From: Candidatus Binatia bacterium
Lineage (GTDB): Bacteria > Desulfobacterota > Binatia > HRBIN30
Assembly: GCA_038245295.1 (NCBI GenBank)
Contig: JBBRSP010000003.1
Location: forward strand, 160,001 to 224,000
Length of the DNA stretch: 64,000 nt
Direction: 5' to 3'
The notes beneath the pieces were generated by a model. That model searched no databases. It was not told the DNA's origin and saw nothing but the letters and a program-made list of their open reading frames with translations. Positions within the stretch are counted from its first letter, which is position 1; every line of letters begins with the position of its first letter. This document shows, piece after piece, positions 38,161-47,834 of the stretch. The translations under genes and the position numbers were made by a program.

Positions 38161-40149
38161 ATGATCGAAGTTGGACCGATTGCACTCGCCGCCGCCTGGG
38201 TCTTCGCGATCTACGCGATTGTCATGTCGCTGGTCGGTGGTTGGCAGCGACAACGCGATTTCATCGCTAGCGCCGAAAACGCCGCGCTCGGTGTCTGGGG
38301 GCTGACTCTGGTCGCGGTGGTGGCCCTCCTGCACGCGTTGGTGACGCACGACTTCAACGTCGAGTACGTGGCGCACTACTCGAGCTCAACCTTACCGCTA
38401 CAATACATCGTCGCCGCACTCTGGGGCGGCCAGGCCGGATCGTTGCTGTTCTGGCTATGCATCCTGACCTCGATGTCGGCGGTCGTGCATCTGCAAAATC
38501 GCGACAAGAATCGTGACATGATGCCGTACGTCACCGCCACCCTGATGGTCGTGGCGCTGTTCTTCCTGTCGATGTTGCTGTTTGTGACGCCGCCGTTCCA
38601 ACGCCTGGCGATCACACCGTTCGAAGGCAAAGACCTCAATCCACTGCTTCAGAACTATTGGATGACCATCCACCCGCCGTCGCTCTACTTGGGCTATGTC
38701 GGCTGCGCCATTCCGTTCGCCTTCGCGATGGCGGCGCTGGTCACCGGGCGTCTCGATGACGTCTGGATCCGTACGACTCGCCGCTGGTCTCTGCTCGCCT
38801 GGTTCTTCTTGAGCCTGGGGAACCTCTTCGGCGCCAAATGGGCCTACCTGGTGCTCGGCTGGGGTGGCTACTGGGCCTGGGATCCGGTCGAGAACGCGGC
38901 GTTCCTGCCGTGGCTGACAATGACCGCCTATCTGCACTCGGTCATGATCCAAGAGAAGAAGAACATGCTGCGCGTGTGGAACATGGTGCTGGTGATCCTC
39001 AGCTTCCTGCTGACCATCTTCGGCACCTTCCTGACGCGCAGCGGCGTCATCTCCTCGGTGCACTCGTTTACGCAATCCGGCCTCGGACCGTTTTTCATCT
39101 ACTTCCTGGTGTTCATGATGGTGATCTCGGTGGGGTTGCTGTTGTGGCGCCTGCCGATGTTGCGCAGCGAACAGCCGCTCGAATCAATGCTGTCGCGCGA
39201 AGCGGCGTTCCTGATCAACAACCTAGTACTGGTGGGCATCGCGTTCGCCGTCTTCTGGGGCACCATCTTCCCGGTGATCTCCGAGGCAGTGCGTGGCATC
39301 AAGATCACCGTCGGCCCGCCGTTCTTCAATCGCGTCAACGCGCCCCTCGGCTTGATCCTGTTGTTCCTCATGGGTGTCGGTCCGCTGATCGCGTGGCGTC
39401 GTTCGTCGTGGAACAACTTCCGCCGCAACTTCCTAATCCCTGGCAGCCTCGGATTGATCGGCGGCATCGTCATGTTGTTCGCCGGCATGGGCAACTACTA
39501 CGCGGTACTGTCGTTCTCCTTCTGCATCTTCGTGATGATGACCATCATCACCGAATTCTGGCGCGGCGTGCGGGCTCGACAGTCGATGCTCTCGGAGAAT
39601 GTCGGCGTTGCTTTGCTCAACCTCATCTCCAAGAATCGCCGTCGCTACGGCGGCTACATCATCCATGTCGGTATCGTGATGATCTTCCTGGCGATCACCG
39701 GCACGTCGGCCTTCAAGGTGGAAAAGCAGGTCACCGTGAAGCCGGGCGAGAGCTTTGAGGCCGGCCGCTATACGCTGCGCTACGACAGCACCGAAGCCTG
39801 GGAAGACCCGCATGTGGCCCACCTCGCCGCGAACATCGCCGTGCTCGACGGTGGCAAGCAAATCGATGTGCTGAAGCCGGAGAAACGCTTCTACAAGAAA
39901 CCGGAACAGCCGACCACCGAGGTGGCGATTCGTTCGACGTTCGGGACCGATCTCTATCTGGTTCTCGGTGCGTACGACGACGCGACCAAGATGGCGACGA
40001 TCCAGGCCTACATTAACCCGCTGATTGGTTTCCTCGGCTGGGGCGGCATCGTCCTCGCCCTTGGCACCCTGGTAACAATTCTGCCGACACGAGCTCCGGC
40101 CCCGGCGCCCGCCTATTCGCCGGAGCGCGGCACGCGGACCGCCGAGTGA
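38161..40149 (+). CDS. ccmF: Holocytochrome c synthase CcmF
   Basis: LNPLLQ..IHPP, WGGYWAWDPVEN, TRSG..SVHSF. Confidence 0.96.
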   Translation: MIEVGPIALAAAWVFAIYAIVMSLVGGWQRQRDFIASAENAALGVWGLTLVAVVALLHALVTHDFNVEYVAHYSSSTLPLQYIVAALWGGQAGSLLFWLCILTSMSAVVHLQNRDKNRDMMPYVTATLMVVALFFLSMLLFVTPPFQRLAITPFEGKDLNPLLQNYWMTIHPPSLYLGYVGCAIPFAFAMAALVTGRLDDVWIRTTRRWSLLAWFFLSLGNLFGAKWAYLVLGWGGYWAWDPVENAAFLPWLTMTAYLHSVMIQEKKNMLRVWNMVLVILSFLLTIFGTFLTRSGVISSVHSFTQSGLGPFFIYFLVFMMVISVGLLLWRLPMLRSEQPLESMLSREAAFLINNLVLVGIAFAVFWGTIFPVISEAVRGIKITVGPPFFNRVNAPLGLILLFLMGVGPLIAWRRSSWNNFRRNFLIPGSLGLIGGIVMLFAGMGNYYAVLSFSFCIFVMMTIITEFWRGVRARQSMLSENVGVALLNLISKNRRRYGGYIIHVGIVMIFLAITGTSAFKVEKQVTVKPGESFEAGRYTLRYDSTEAWEDPHVAHLAANIAVLDGGKQIDVLKPEKRFYKKPEQPTTEVAIRSTFGTDLYLVLGAYDDATKMATIQAYINPLIGFLGWGGIVLALGTLVTILPTRAPAPAPAYSPERGTRTAE

Positions 40150-40613
40150 TGTTCGCTCGCTTGTTCGTCATTAGCGCTGTAGTGACGGCGCTTGCTGGTG
40201 CCGTGATGGCCGCACCGCCGTCGTTCCAGGAAGTGGAAGAGTCGCTCACCTGTCAGTGCGGTTGTGGGCTCACCGTGCACAGCTGCAACCACTTGCAGTG
40301 TCCTTCAGCGATTCCGCTGCGGGAAGAGATCCGCGAGCACATCAACGGCGGCGAGAGCAAGGACGATCTTCTAGCCGCCTTTGCCAACAAGTACGGTGAA
40401 AAAATCCTCTCGGCGCCGACGGCAGAGGGCTTCAACCTGTTGGCGTGGACCACGCCGTTTGTCCTTCTTGGCATCGGCGGAATGTTCCTCGCCTGGACAC
40501 TGAGACGCTGGCGCGCCCGTTCGAGTATCGAACCGCCGCCTGTAGTCACAACCGCCGATACCTCTGAACACCGGGCCCAGCTCGAACGCGAGTTGCGCGA
40601 CTTCGACTCCTGA
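40149..40613 (+). CDS. ccmH: CcmH-like protein
   Basis: Signal peptide, LTCQCGC, F..KYG..IL..P, TM segment; follows ccmF. Confidence 0.8.
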   Translation: MFARLFVISAVVTALAGAVMAAPPSFQEVEESLTCQCGCGLTVHSCNHLQCPSAIPLREEIREHINGGESKDDLLAAFANKYGEKILSAPTAEGFNLLAWTTPFVLLGIGGMFLAWTLRRWRARSSIEPPPVVTTADTSEHRAQLERELRDFDS

Positions 40614-40643
40614 ACCCAGTACCCGGCACCCCGAACCCAAACT

Positions 40644-41048
40644 ATGGCTATCGTACTCGTCATCACCCTCATCGCCCTGGCTACCCTCTATGCGTTTCTG
40701 CCGCTTTGGCAGCGCCTCACGGGCGAGACCGTCGAGCGCGACTTCGCCTCGGCTGAACGCGAACGGCGTCTTCGTCAGAAGGCCGATGCCTATGCGGCCA
40801 TCAAAGAAGCCGAGTTCGATTACGAATCGGGGAAGCTGACCGACACCGATCTCGAGTACCTGCGGAACAAGTTCAGCCAGCAGGCCATGGAGGCCATCGC
40901 CGCTCTCGACGATCGCCCGAAGGCCGCCGTCGGCGGCACCAAGGCGGGCCGCGTCGCTTTTTGCCCGAGTTGCGGCAAGGGCGTTACCAGTAAAGCCAAG
41001 TTCTGCGGCGTCTGCGGCAAGTCGCTGCGTGAGCTGATCGCCGCTTGA
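40644..41048 (+). CDS. Membrane-anchored CcmI-N-like protein with zinc ribbon
   Basis: TM, IKEAEFDYESGKL, CPSC/CGVC zinc ribbon; follows ccmH. Confidence 0.7.
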   Translation: MAIVLVITLIALATLYAFLPLWQRLTGETVERDFASAERERRLRQKADAYAAIKEAEFDYESGKLTDTDLEYLRNKFSQQAMEAIAALDDRPKAAVGGTKAGRVAFCPSCGKGVTSKAKFCGVCGKSLRELIAA

Positions 41049-41076
41049 GCGGCGCGGAACGCCACCGCAAACTGAA

Positions 41077-41209
41077 GAAGGTGTCTCAAACCTGGCAGGG
41101 CCGGCTTCGACGGGGCTCAGCCTGAGCGGTTGCTTAGTTGATTTTCAGAGACTTTGTTCCGCTCGCCCTGAGCTTGTCGAAGGGTGAGCCTAGGTTTTGA
41201 GACAGCCCC
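41077..41209. repeat. MITE-like element: tgtctcaaa terminal repeats enclosing a REP doublet
   Basis: gaaggtgtctcaaa ... tttgagacagcccc ends; inner cttcgacggggctcag / ctgagcttgtcgaag. Confidence 0.75.
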
Positions 41210-41221
41210 TAAAGATTGCCC

Positions 41222-42040
41222 CTACCGAACCGCGCGTTTCGTGGCGGTTTGAGCGTCGGTTCGAAGGACGTCAGCGGCGAGTCCTGGCAAATCTGAGATG
41301 ATGCCGTCGACACCAAGCGCCACAAGCTCACGCATCTCGTCCGGCTGATTGATCGTCCAGATGTGCATCTCGATGCCCAGGCTGTGGGCCACGCGTACCG
41401 TGTCGGGGCTGGCGAGTTCGATATCGCCGAAGCGTGGCGGAATCTGCAGGGCACGGAAGGCCGGCTTGTAGCCGTCGAGGGATCCCGACTGCACACGACC
41501 GATGAAGTCGACGACATCGCCCGTCGAGGCGCTGGTCGGAATCTCGCCGGCGTGCTGACGGATCGATTGCATGATCGAGTCGTGTTCGGCCGCCAGCAAG
41601 ACACGCGACTCGATACCGAGACCGCGGATCAGTCGAATGGTGTCCTCGACGATCGCCGGCTCTTCTTGCTTGATCTCGATGTTGAACTGCGCCGTTGGGT
41701 GCGTCGTGAAAAGCCCTTCCAGACTGGTGATCCGCACGCTGTGGCCGCGGTACGGAAAGTCGCCGCCGCCGCGGGTGAAGTGATAGCCGGCGTCGAGCTT
41801 CTGCAGCTCGTTCCAGGTGTGGTCCTTGAGATCGCCCTCACCATCGGTTGTGCGTTCGAGAGTTGGGTCATGGAAGACGACGATGACGCCGTCTTTCGAT
41901 CCGTGGACATCGAGCTCGAGAACGTTGGCACCGAGCGCCAGACCCAGTGCGAACGAGGGTAGGGTATTCTCGGGTGCCAGCCCGGCAGCACCGCGGTGGC
42001 CGAAGACGCGCGGCGGGGGTCCTTCAAAGAGCGGCTTCAT
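41222..42040 (-). CDS. Glycerophosphodiester phosphodiesterase
   Basis: GHRG..PENT, ELDV..KDG..FHD, NIEIK, WTIN, GIISD. Confidence 0.93.
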   Translation of the reverse strand: MKPLFEGPPPRVFGHRGAAGLAPENTLPSFALGLALGANVLELDVHGSKDGVIVVFHDPTLERTTDGEGDLKDHTWNELQKLDAGYHFTRGGGDFPYRGHSVRITSLEGLFTTHPTAQFNIEIKQEEPAIVEDTIRLIRGLGIESRVLLAAEHDSIMQSIRQHAGEIPTSASTGDVVDFIGRVQSGSLDGYKPAFRALQIPPRFGDIELASPDTVRVAHSLGIEMHIWTINQPDEMRELVALGVDGIISDLPGLAADVLRTDAQTATKRAVR

Positions 42041-42056
42041 GCTCTCGATGCGCTGC

Positions 42057-43814
42057 CTAGGCGAGCGGACCGTCCAGCCCGAGAACACGCTCCGGGCTCG
42101 ATGGCGAGACGATCTTGGCGGCGGCGCGCAGCGCCAGGGTTTCAATGGTCAATGTGGGATTGTATCCGGACGACGTGACGAAGACGCCGCCATCCATGCT
42201 GTACAGGTTGTCGAGATCGTGGAATTTGCCGAACGCGTCGCACACCGACGTCCTCGCATCGGCTCCCATGCGCAGTGTTCCCATGACGTGCCGCGAGGTC
42301 GACGGATCATCCGGCGGCGCCACGAAACCAAACTGCGCCCCGGCTACTTTGTGGATGTCGAGCATCTTGGGTGTGTAGAAGCTGCGCGCCGTGGTCTCGA
42401 AGGTGCCGACGGAATAGGTGATACGCGGCACAGGTTGGCCGAAGACATCGCGCACCTGCGAGTCGAGATCGATCGCGTTGTTGACCGAAGGCGCATCCTC
42501 CGCCTGTTGAATCATGACCGCGATGCGCGACAGGAACGGACCATCCACCAGAAGCTGCTTGAGCGACAGGTTGATCCCCTGTGTCTTGGCAAAGCCCAGC
42601 GCCTGCAGATTATTCTTCGCTGCCGAGATCGCCTCGGAGTTGGTGCCGAACTCGATGATGCCGCCAAGCGGCACGTCCGGATCGATCTCGGTGCCGCCGG
42701 CCTTGACGCCGCGGAAGTCACTCATGCCTTCGGTGACCGAACGTCCACGTTCCCCGTGGAGGCGCTGCTTGTAGATGCCGATCGCCAGATTCTGGGAATG
42801 GAACATCAGGTTGCGCCCAACCATGTCGCTGCTGTTGCCGACCTCGGAGACCAACGCCAGTCGGGCACTTTCGATGGCACTGGCGGACAGAATGTAGTGG
42901 TCGGCGACCGCGGCCTGCGTGTTGCCGGCCGCGTCGATGTAGTCAACGCCGACGATACGTGTGCCTTGGCGGCGCAAGCGGGTCACATGGGCGTTGTAAC
43001 GCAGCTGGCAGTTGCCGCTCAGCAGCGCCTCGCGCAACGTCGTCACGGCCGGTGACGATTTGGAATTGTTCGGACAACCAAAGCCACTGCAGAAACCGCA
43101 GCTGATACAGACCGGGCGGCCACGATATGGACGCGAGTTCTGTGCCGACGGATAGGGAAACGGGTGGTATCCCTTCGACCGCGCCGCGTCGCTCAGGAGC
43201 AGGCCGACGTACATCGATGCGCCGGCGGGCATGGGATAATCCTTGGCGATGCTCGACGCGAACGGATCGGCGCCACGGTTGCCGGCAACCCCGGACAGAC
43301 GCTCCATTTCTTCATAAAACGGTTCCAATTCCTCGTAGGAAACCGGCCAATCGGCGAAATTGGTTCCCGGAAAGCTGCGACCCTTGGCCGCAAGCTCGCT
43401 GGCCAGGTGAAAGTCTACCGCGTTGAAGCGCGGGAACTTCATGTCGGCATGCACCGCCGCGCCGCCGACCGTCTTGGGCAACGTGTTGACGTCGGGATGC
43501 GCCATGGCTGTTTCCGAGCTGGAGGCACGCAGCGTTCGCGGTTCGAGAAATGGATCCTGGTTGATCAAATTGCGCACGGCAAATTTGATCTCGTCGTTGC
43601 CGAACAACGGTACGGGCATGCCCGGCGCGGGATCGTCGAGCCCTTTGAAGTAGTTCTGCCCGTGTTCGAGGACGAGCACCTTCTTACCGCCCACCAGGGC
43701 GAGGGTGCGCGCCGCCGTCGAACCACCGGCGCCACTGCCGATGATGATGGCGTCGAACTGCGTCAGGCTGGTGTTGCCGAGGACGTCCGGAACTTTGGAG
43801 GGTAGGTCTGCCAT
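42057..43814 (-). CDS. GMC-family flavoprotein oxidoreductase with Fe-S motif
   Basis: IGSGAGG FAD motif, CISCGFCSGFGC, VGRNLMFH, HVMGTLRMG, NPTLTI. Confidence 0.92.
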   Translation of the reverse strand: MADLPSKVPDVLGNTSLTQFDAIIIGSGAGGSTAARTLALVGGKKVLVLEHGQNYFKGLDDPAPGMPVPLFGNDEIKFAVRNLINQDPFLEPRTLRASSSETAMAHPDVNTLPKTVGGAAVHADMKFPRFNAVDFHLASELAAKGRSFPGTNFADWPVSYEELEPFYEEMERLSGVAGNRGADPFASSIAKDYPMPAGASMYVGLLLSDAARSKGYHPFPYPSAQNSRPYRGRPVCISCGFCSGFGCPNNSKSSPAVTTLREALLSGNCQLRYNAHVTRLRRQGTRIVGVDYIDAAGNTQAAVADHYILSASAIESARLALVSEVGNSSDMVGRNLMFHSQNLAIGIYKQRLHGERGRSVTEGMSDFRGVKAGGTEIDPDVPLGGIIEFGTNSEAISAAKNNLQALGFAKTQGINLSLKQLLVDGPFLSRIAVMIQQAEDAPSVNNAIDLDSQVRDVFGQPVPRITYSVGTFETTARSFYTPKMLDIHKVAGAQFGFVAPPDDPSTSRHVMGTLRMGADARTSVCDAFGKFHDLDNLYSMDGGVFVTSSGYNPTLTIETLALRAAAKIVSPSSPERVLGLDGPLA

Positions 43815-43826
43815 GGTTGTCTCGGT

Positions 43827-44774
43827 TCAGGGAAAATGTGGCCCGCCGACGATACGCACCAGAAAGCGTAGGAACTGCTGCGTCTCGGCGCTGACGCCGG
43901 CGAAGTCCTCGCCTGGGTTGGTCGTCGACAGTGGTTTGTCGGAACGTTCGCGATAGACGCCGGCTGTCTCGTCATAGATGGCGTACCCGAGCGGCTGGCT
44001 GTCGCCGTCGTAGTGAATCAAATTCCAACCCGCGAGGTTGTGATTGCCGCCGTACTCGGGCGCGCAGAACATACCTTCGAGTGTGTGCCCGGTGAGCAGA
44101 TCGACGAACTGTTCGTCGGCAACGTCGATGACTTCGTCCTGTTGCGTGGCATCGAGTGCGGCGAATGTCTTGCCAAACATATTTTGGCTCGCGTCGTTGA
44201 GGAGCTTAATGCCGTTGCGATAACGATCGCGCAGGCCGACCCTTGGTCCAAGCACCGCGTCATTGAAGCCGGCGCCGGGTACCGCGGCACTGCCGAGTAA
44301 GTGAGCGCGCCAGCTCAGGAGCTGGAGTCGATTGAGGGGAATGAAGTTGACGAAGTCGTTTGGCGGAAAACGGTCCGACGCGGTGCCGTTGTGAGGATCC
44401 GGATACGGAGCGCGGCCGCTAAAGGGTCCGCCCGCATAGACGCCTGCTTTGTTGTCTATTGCATCGGGGAGCAACGTCAGCAGACGATCGATGTAATCGT
44501 TGGCGCCGCATTCGATTGCGCCGGCGCCCGAATCGGTCGGCACGATACGCCCCACCAGGGCGCGCAGTGTATCGCGCTCACTTCCGGTGAGAAACTGTTG
44601 CGGTGTCGGTGTTGCGGTTGGTGAAGGTGGGGGCAGCCCGGCGAGCGACGCGTCGTCGTCGCCGCAGCTCAGTAGGCCGAGCGGCAACAACAGCGCAGCG
44701 CTTCCTGCAAGTCCGAAGCGCAACGCTTGGCGGCGGCTCAGCTCGAAGGATCGCCCTGCGCTGTTGGATGCCAT
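43827..44774 (-). CDS. Gluconate 2-dehydrogenase subunit 3-like Tat lipoprotein
   Basis: SRRQAL twin-Arg, LLSC lipobox, TLEGMF..PEYGGN..GW..Y.G. Confidence 0.85.
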   Translation of the reverse strand: MASNSAGRSFELSRRQALRFGLAGSAALLLPLGLLSCGDDDASLAGLPPPSPTATPTPQQFLTGSERDTLRALVGRIVPTDSGAGAIECGANDYIDRLLTLLPDAIDNKAGVYAGGPFSGRAPYPDPHNGTASDRFPPNDFVNFIPLNRLQLLSWRAHLLGSAAVPGAGFNDAVLGPRVGLRDRYRNGIKLLNDASQNMFGKTFAALDATQQDEVIDVADEQFVDLLTGHTLEGMFCAPEYGGNHNLAGWNLIHYDGDSQPLGYAIYDETAGVYRERSDKPLSTTNPGEDFAGVSAETQQFLRFLVRIVGGPHFP

Positions 44775-44777
44775 GGG

Positions 44778-45233
44778 TCAGCCCTTTTTGCGCGGCTTAA
44801 GATCGAGGTCGGGTGGTGGCGTGTCCGGGAGCTTCCAGATCAAGTAGGGCTTGTCCTTCATCTCGTGATACGCATTGCCGGCATCGACGGCCTTTTTGAA
44901 AGCTTCTTCGAACGCCTTGAAGTCTTCCTTCTTGACGGCGTCCTGGATAGCCGGCCACGCCTGTTCGAGGAACTCGTTCAGGGCCGCTTCATGCTTCGGA
45001 CGCGTGAACGCGCCGAGTTCCATGAGGCCTTTGATTTCCTTCCACTGGAAGTTGGCCAGCGGCCAGTTGCCGGCTTGCGCCGCGTAGTAGAGCTTCCATG
45101 TGCGAGCGCCGATGTCGGGCATGATACGCCCCAGACCGGGTTGAATCGTTGCCACGTCCTCGAGCGACATCTCGCGGTGGCCGGTCCACACGGTGAGCGC
45201 TTTGAGTTGTTCTAAGAGCTTCTCGTCATCCAT
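44778..45233 (-). CDS. Helical cytochrome-like hypothetical protein lacking CXXCH
   Basis: QPGLGRIM..KLYYAAQAGNWPLA..GNAYH; first gene of the GMC operon. Confidence 0.7.
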   Translation of the reverse strand: MDDEKLLEQLKALTVWTGHREMSLEDVATIQPGLGRIMPDIGARTWKLYYAAQAGNWPLANFQWKEIKGLMELGAFTRPKHEAALNEFLEQAWPAIQDAVKKEDFKAFEEAFKKAVDAGNAYHEMKDKPYLIWKLPDTPPPDLDLKPRKKG

Positions 45234-45408
45234 CTACATCTCCCCAACGTTTGTTTGGTCGGAGCCGTCTAGCATGCGTCTCGAATCGCTGTCTAGTGGA
45301 CTTGCTGGACGCAGTGGACTCGGCAGTAGTCGACGCGGCTCGATGCGGTGATGCATGACACATTCTCCTCACTTGTCGTGATGCAGCGCGGCGGATAGAT
45401 TCGCACGA

Positions 45409-47592
45409 GTGCGGTTTCCTTCCCTCATCCGTTTCGTCGGCGCCTATGCTGTCCTGAGCCTCTGTTTCGGCTGCGCCGCCCTTGCCGCAGCGCCGATGGG
45501 CGGGCAAACCGTGGTGACGTTTCAGAATCCGGCAGCGATCGCCCTGACGCAGTGGCCGTTGCGTGTTGGTGTGCCATTCGCGCGCGGCGCACGCAGTGAT
45601 GTGGCCAACCTGGCGTTGAGTGAAGGCAAGACGCTGCGACCGAGCCAGGCGCGCGCCCTCAGCCGATGGCCGGATGGCTCGGTGCGTTGGGCAATCGTCG
45701 ACGCGATCGCTAACCTGCCGGCGCACGGCGCGGCGAAGCTGTCGGTGACCACTGTCGCAACTGGTGCTGTTGCCCGCGCCTCCGTGGCGCTCGACGAAGC
45801 CGATCGTGTGATCATCGATACCGGAAAGCTACGCTTCGAGATTCCGAAGCAACGCTTTGCCTTGCTCGAAAACCTGAAGGTTGGAGAGGCGGCCGGCCTG
45901 TCGGGGAGCGTCACCGATTCGCTGAAGATCGATGAGAAGGTGCTCAGCCCGCAACCGCCACTCAACGTGCGGATCATCGACAACGGTCCTGTACGCGCCC
46001 TTGTCGAGCTACGCGGCCACTACAACGGCGCCTTTGATTACCTCATCCGAGTGGAAGCCTACGCCGGCCACGCCGCGGTGCGCATTCTGCACACGTTCGA
46101 ATCGCATTCTTCGGACGCCGACAATCGTCTTGCCGATCTGACGCTGGGGTTTCCTCTACCAGACGAGCAACAACGTGGCGGGTCGCGCTTTCGCCTCGGC
46201 CGCGATGGACATCCGGCGAGCGAGGGCAATCTGCCGAGCACGGGGCTCAGCGCCGTGCAGCTCGACAATCATCGCCTCGAGGTGTCAGGGAAGAGTGGTG
46301 ACGGACATCTCGACGGCACGCTTCATCTCGGCTCCGCCGAGAAGGGCTTGGCTCTGATCGGCCGCTGGTTCTGGCAGCAATACCCGCAGGCGTTCGAAGT
46401 CACCGGTCAGCAGGTGCGGTACCACTTGTGGGCCGGACAGGGCGGCAGCACTCTGGCTGGTAGCGGCAGCGCCAAGACCCACGAGCTCGTCGTCGTGTTT
46501 GGCAGTGAAGCGATGCCGGCCGCGCAACAGCCGGCGGCGGTTGCCGGGCCACTCATCGGCCACGTCGATGCCGCCCAGATGCGCGCCACTCGCGCACTAC
46601 GCAACGTGATCGATAGTAGTGGGGCCGGTGCCGCCTTCCTGCAGGAGTTCAAGAGCGCGGTGGGTCGCTACCGCGAACGCCGCAACAGCGAAGCGTGGGA
46701 CGACCGTGACGAAGCCACCTGTGCGCCCGACTCAAAGCTGCCGTCGCATCCGCGCACCGGTCTGTATGGCATGTGGAACTGGGGTGATTGGAACTATCCT
46801 GGGTACCACGACACCACCAAGGGCTGCGATGCGTGGGGCAATCTCGAGTACGACCTGACGCAGGTGATGGCCCTGGGCTTTGCGGCGAGCGGCGATGCGA
46901 CCATGCTTGAGGAAACAATTGCCGCGGCGCGCCACTTCATGGACGTCGATCGCATCCACTTTTCCACCAAACATCCCAGCTGGGTTGGAATGAATCATCC
47001 GAAGAACCCACGCCACTTCAGCTTCGAGCTCGGTGGTGTCGATCTCGGGCACACATGGACGGAAGGCTTGATCTCCTACACGATGCTGACCGGTGACGAG
47101 CGTGGCCTCGAAGCGGCGCGGGCGATAGGCGAGTATCTCGTCGCGCGTGTGCCGAGCCTGGCGTTGAAGGGCAACCCACGGCAATGGGGCTGGCCGCAGA
47201 TCGCGCTTGTCGCGGTCTACGAGGCTACCGCCGACAAGCGCTACCTCGATGCGGCCGAAGCCTACGCCAAGGGCGGGATGTCGGTGCATCCCCCGGCGAT
47301 CACCAAGGATTGGAAGATTGGCATCCTCGCCGAAGGATTGGCCTACACACAAAGCGTCAGTGCCGATCCGAAGATTGGCGAGTGGCTCGGCAAGTACGCC
47401 GCCGCGGTTGTGGCGTATGGAGGCCCGCGCGACGCGCGACTGTTGCCGGCCCTCGCCTACCTCGGGCGTGCCGGCAAAATGCCCGAATATTCCAAGCTCG
47501 CCAGTGGCGCGGTCACCAAGCTCGAGTTCGGCGGTTGGGGCAAGCCGCTCACCATCGCCGGTCGTCTCGGCTTCAGCCTCTTGTCTCAGTAG
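45409..47592 (+). CDS. Secreted protein resembling the YetA/exo-rhamnogalacturonan lyase (PcRGLX) architecture
   Basis: Signal peptide, GVPFARG..WPDGSVRW, IDTG, GPVRA, FWQQYP, WGD..WGNLEYD, RHFMDVD, GHTW. Confidence 0.65.
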   Translation: MRFPSLIRFVGAYAVLSLCFGCAALAAAPMGGQTVVTFQNPAAIALTQWPLRVGVPFARGARSDVANLALSEGKTLRPSQARALSRWPDGSVRWAIVDAIANLPAHGAAKLSVTTVATGAVARASVALDEADRVIIDTGKLRFEIPKQRFALLENLKVGEAAGLSGSVTDSLKIDEKVLSPQPPLNVRIIDNGPVRALVELRGHYNGAFDYLIRVEAYAGHAAVRILHTFESHSSDADNRLADLTLGFPLPDEQQRGGSRFRLGRDGHPASEGNLPSTGLSAVQLDNHRLEVSGKSGDGHLDGTLHLGSAEKGLALIGRWFWQQYPQAFEVTGQQVRYHLWAGQGGSTLAGSGSAKTHELVVVFGSEAMPAAQQPAAVAGPLIGHVDAAQMRATRALRNVIDSSGAGAAFLQEFKSAVGRYRERRNSEAWDDRDEATCAPDSKLPSHPRTGLYGMWNWGDWNYPGYHDTTKGCDAWGNLEYDLTQVMALGFAASGDATMLEETIAAARHFMDVDRIHFSTKHPSWVGMNHPKNPRHFSFELGGVDLGHTWTEGLISYTMLTGDERGLEAARAIGEYLVARVPSLALKGNPRQWGWPQIALVAVYEATADKRYLDAAEAYAKGGMSVHPPAITKDWKIGILAEGLAYTQSVSADPKIGEWLGKYAAAVVAYGGPRDARLLPALAYLGRAGKMPEYSKLASGAVTKLEFGGWGKPLTIAGRLGFSLLSQ

Positions 47593-47675
47593 GTGCGCCG
47601 CGACCTCCATACGCTTGAAGCAAGCCCGCAGGCGCAGGTGGCGCGGCTACGTTGTCATCACTGGACCCCGCCTTC

Positions 47676-47834
47676 GAGACTGTCGATAAACTGAAATGAA
47701 GCAACGTCATCCCGGCGAAAGCCGGGATCTCCTCGAGTGGAAGGCCAAAAATGATGGGGAGATACCGGCTTTCGCCGGGATGACGGGGTGTGCGCGCTCC
47801 TTCAAACGCTGAATCAGAGAAAATCGACAGTCTC
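47676..47834. mobile_element. 159-bp MITE with 12-bp perfect TIRs and CTTC target-site duplication, carrying a REP doublet
   Basis: CTTC|GAGACTGTCGAT ... ATCGACAGTCTC|CTTC; inner cgtcatcccggcgaaagccgggatctcc / ggagataccggctttcgccgggatgacg. Confidence 0.82.

Noticed and set aside
40613..40640. Short heptamer-like run (aacccag tacccgg caccccg aacccaa)
   Set aside because: Too short and degenerate to assign a function
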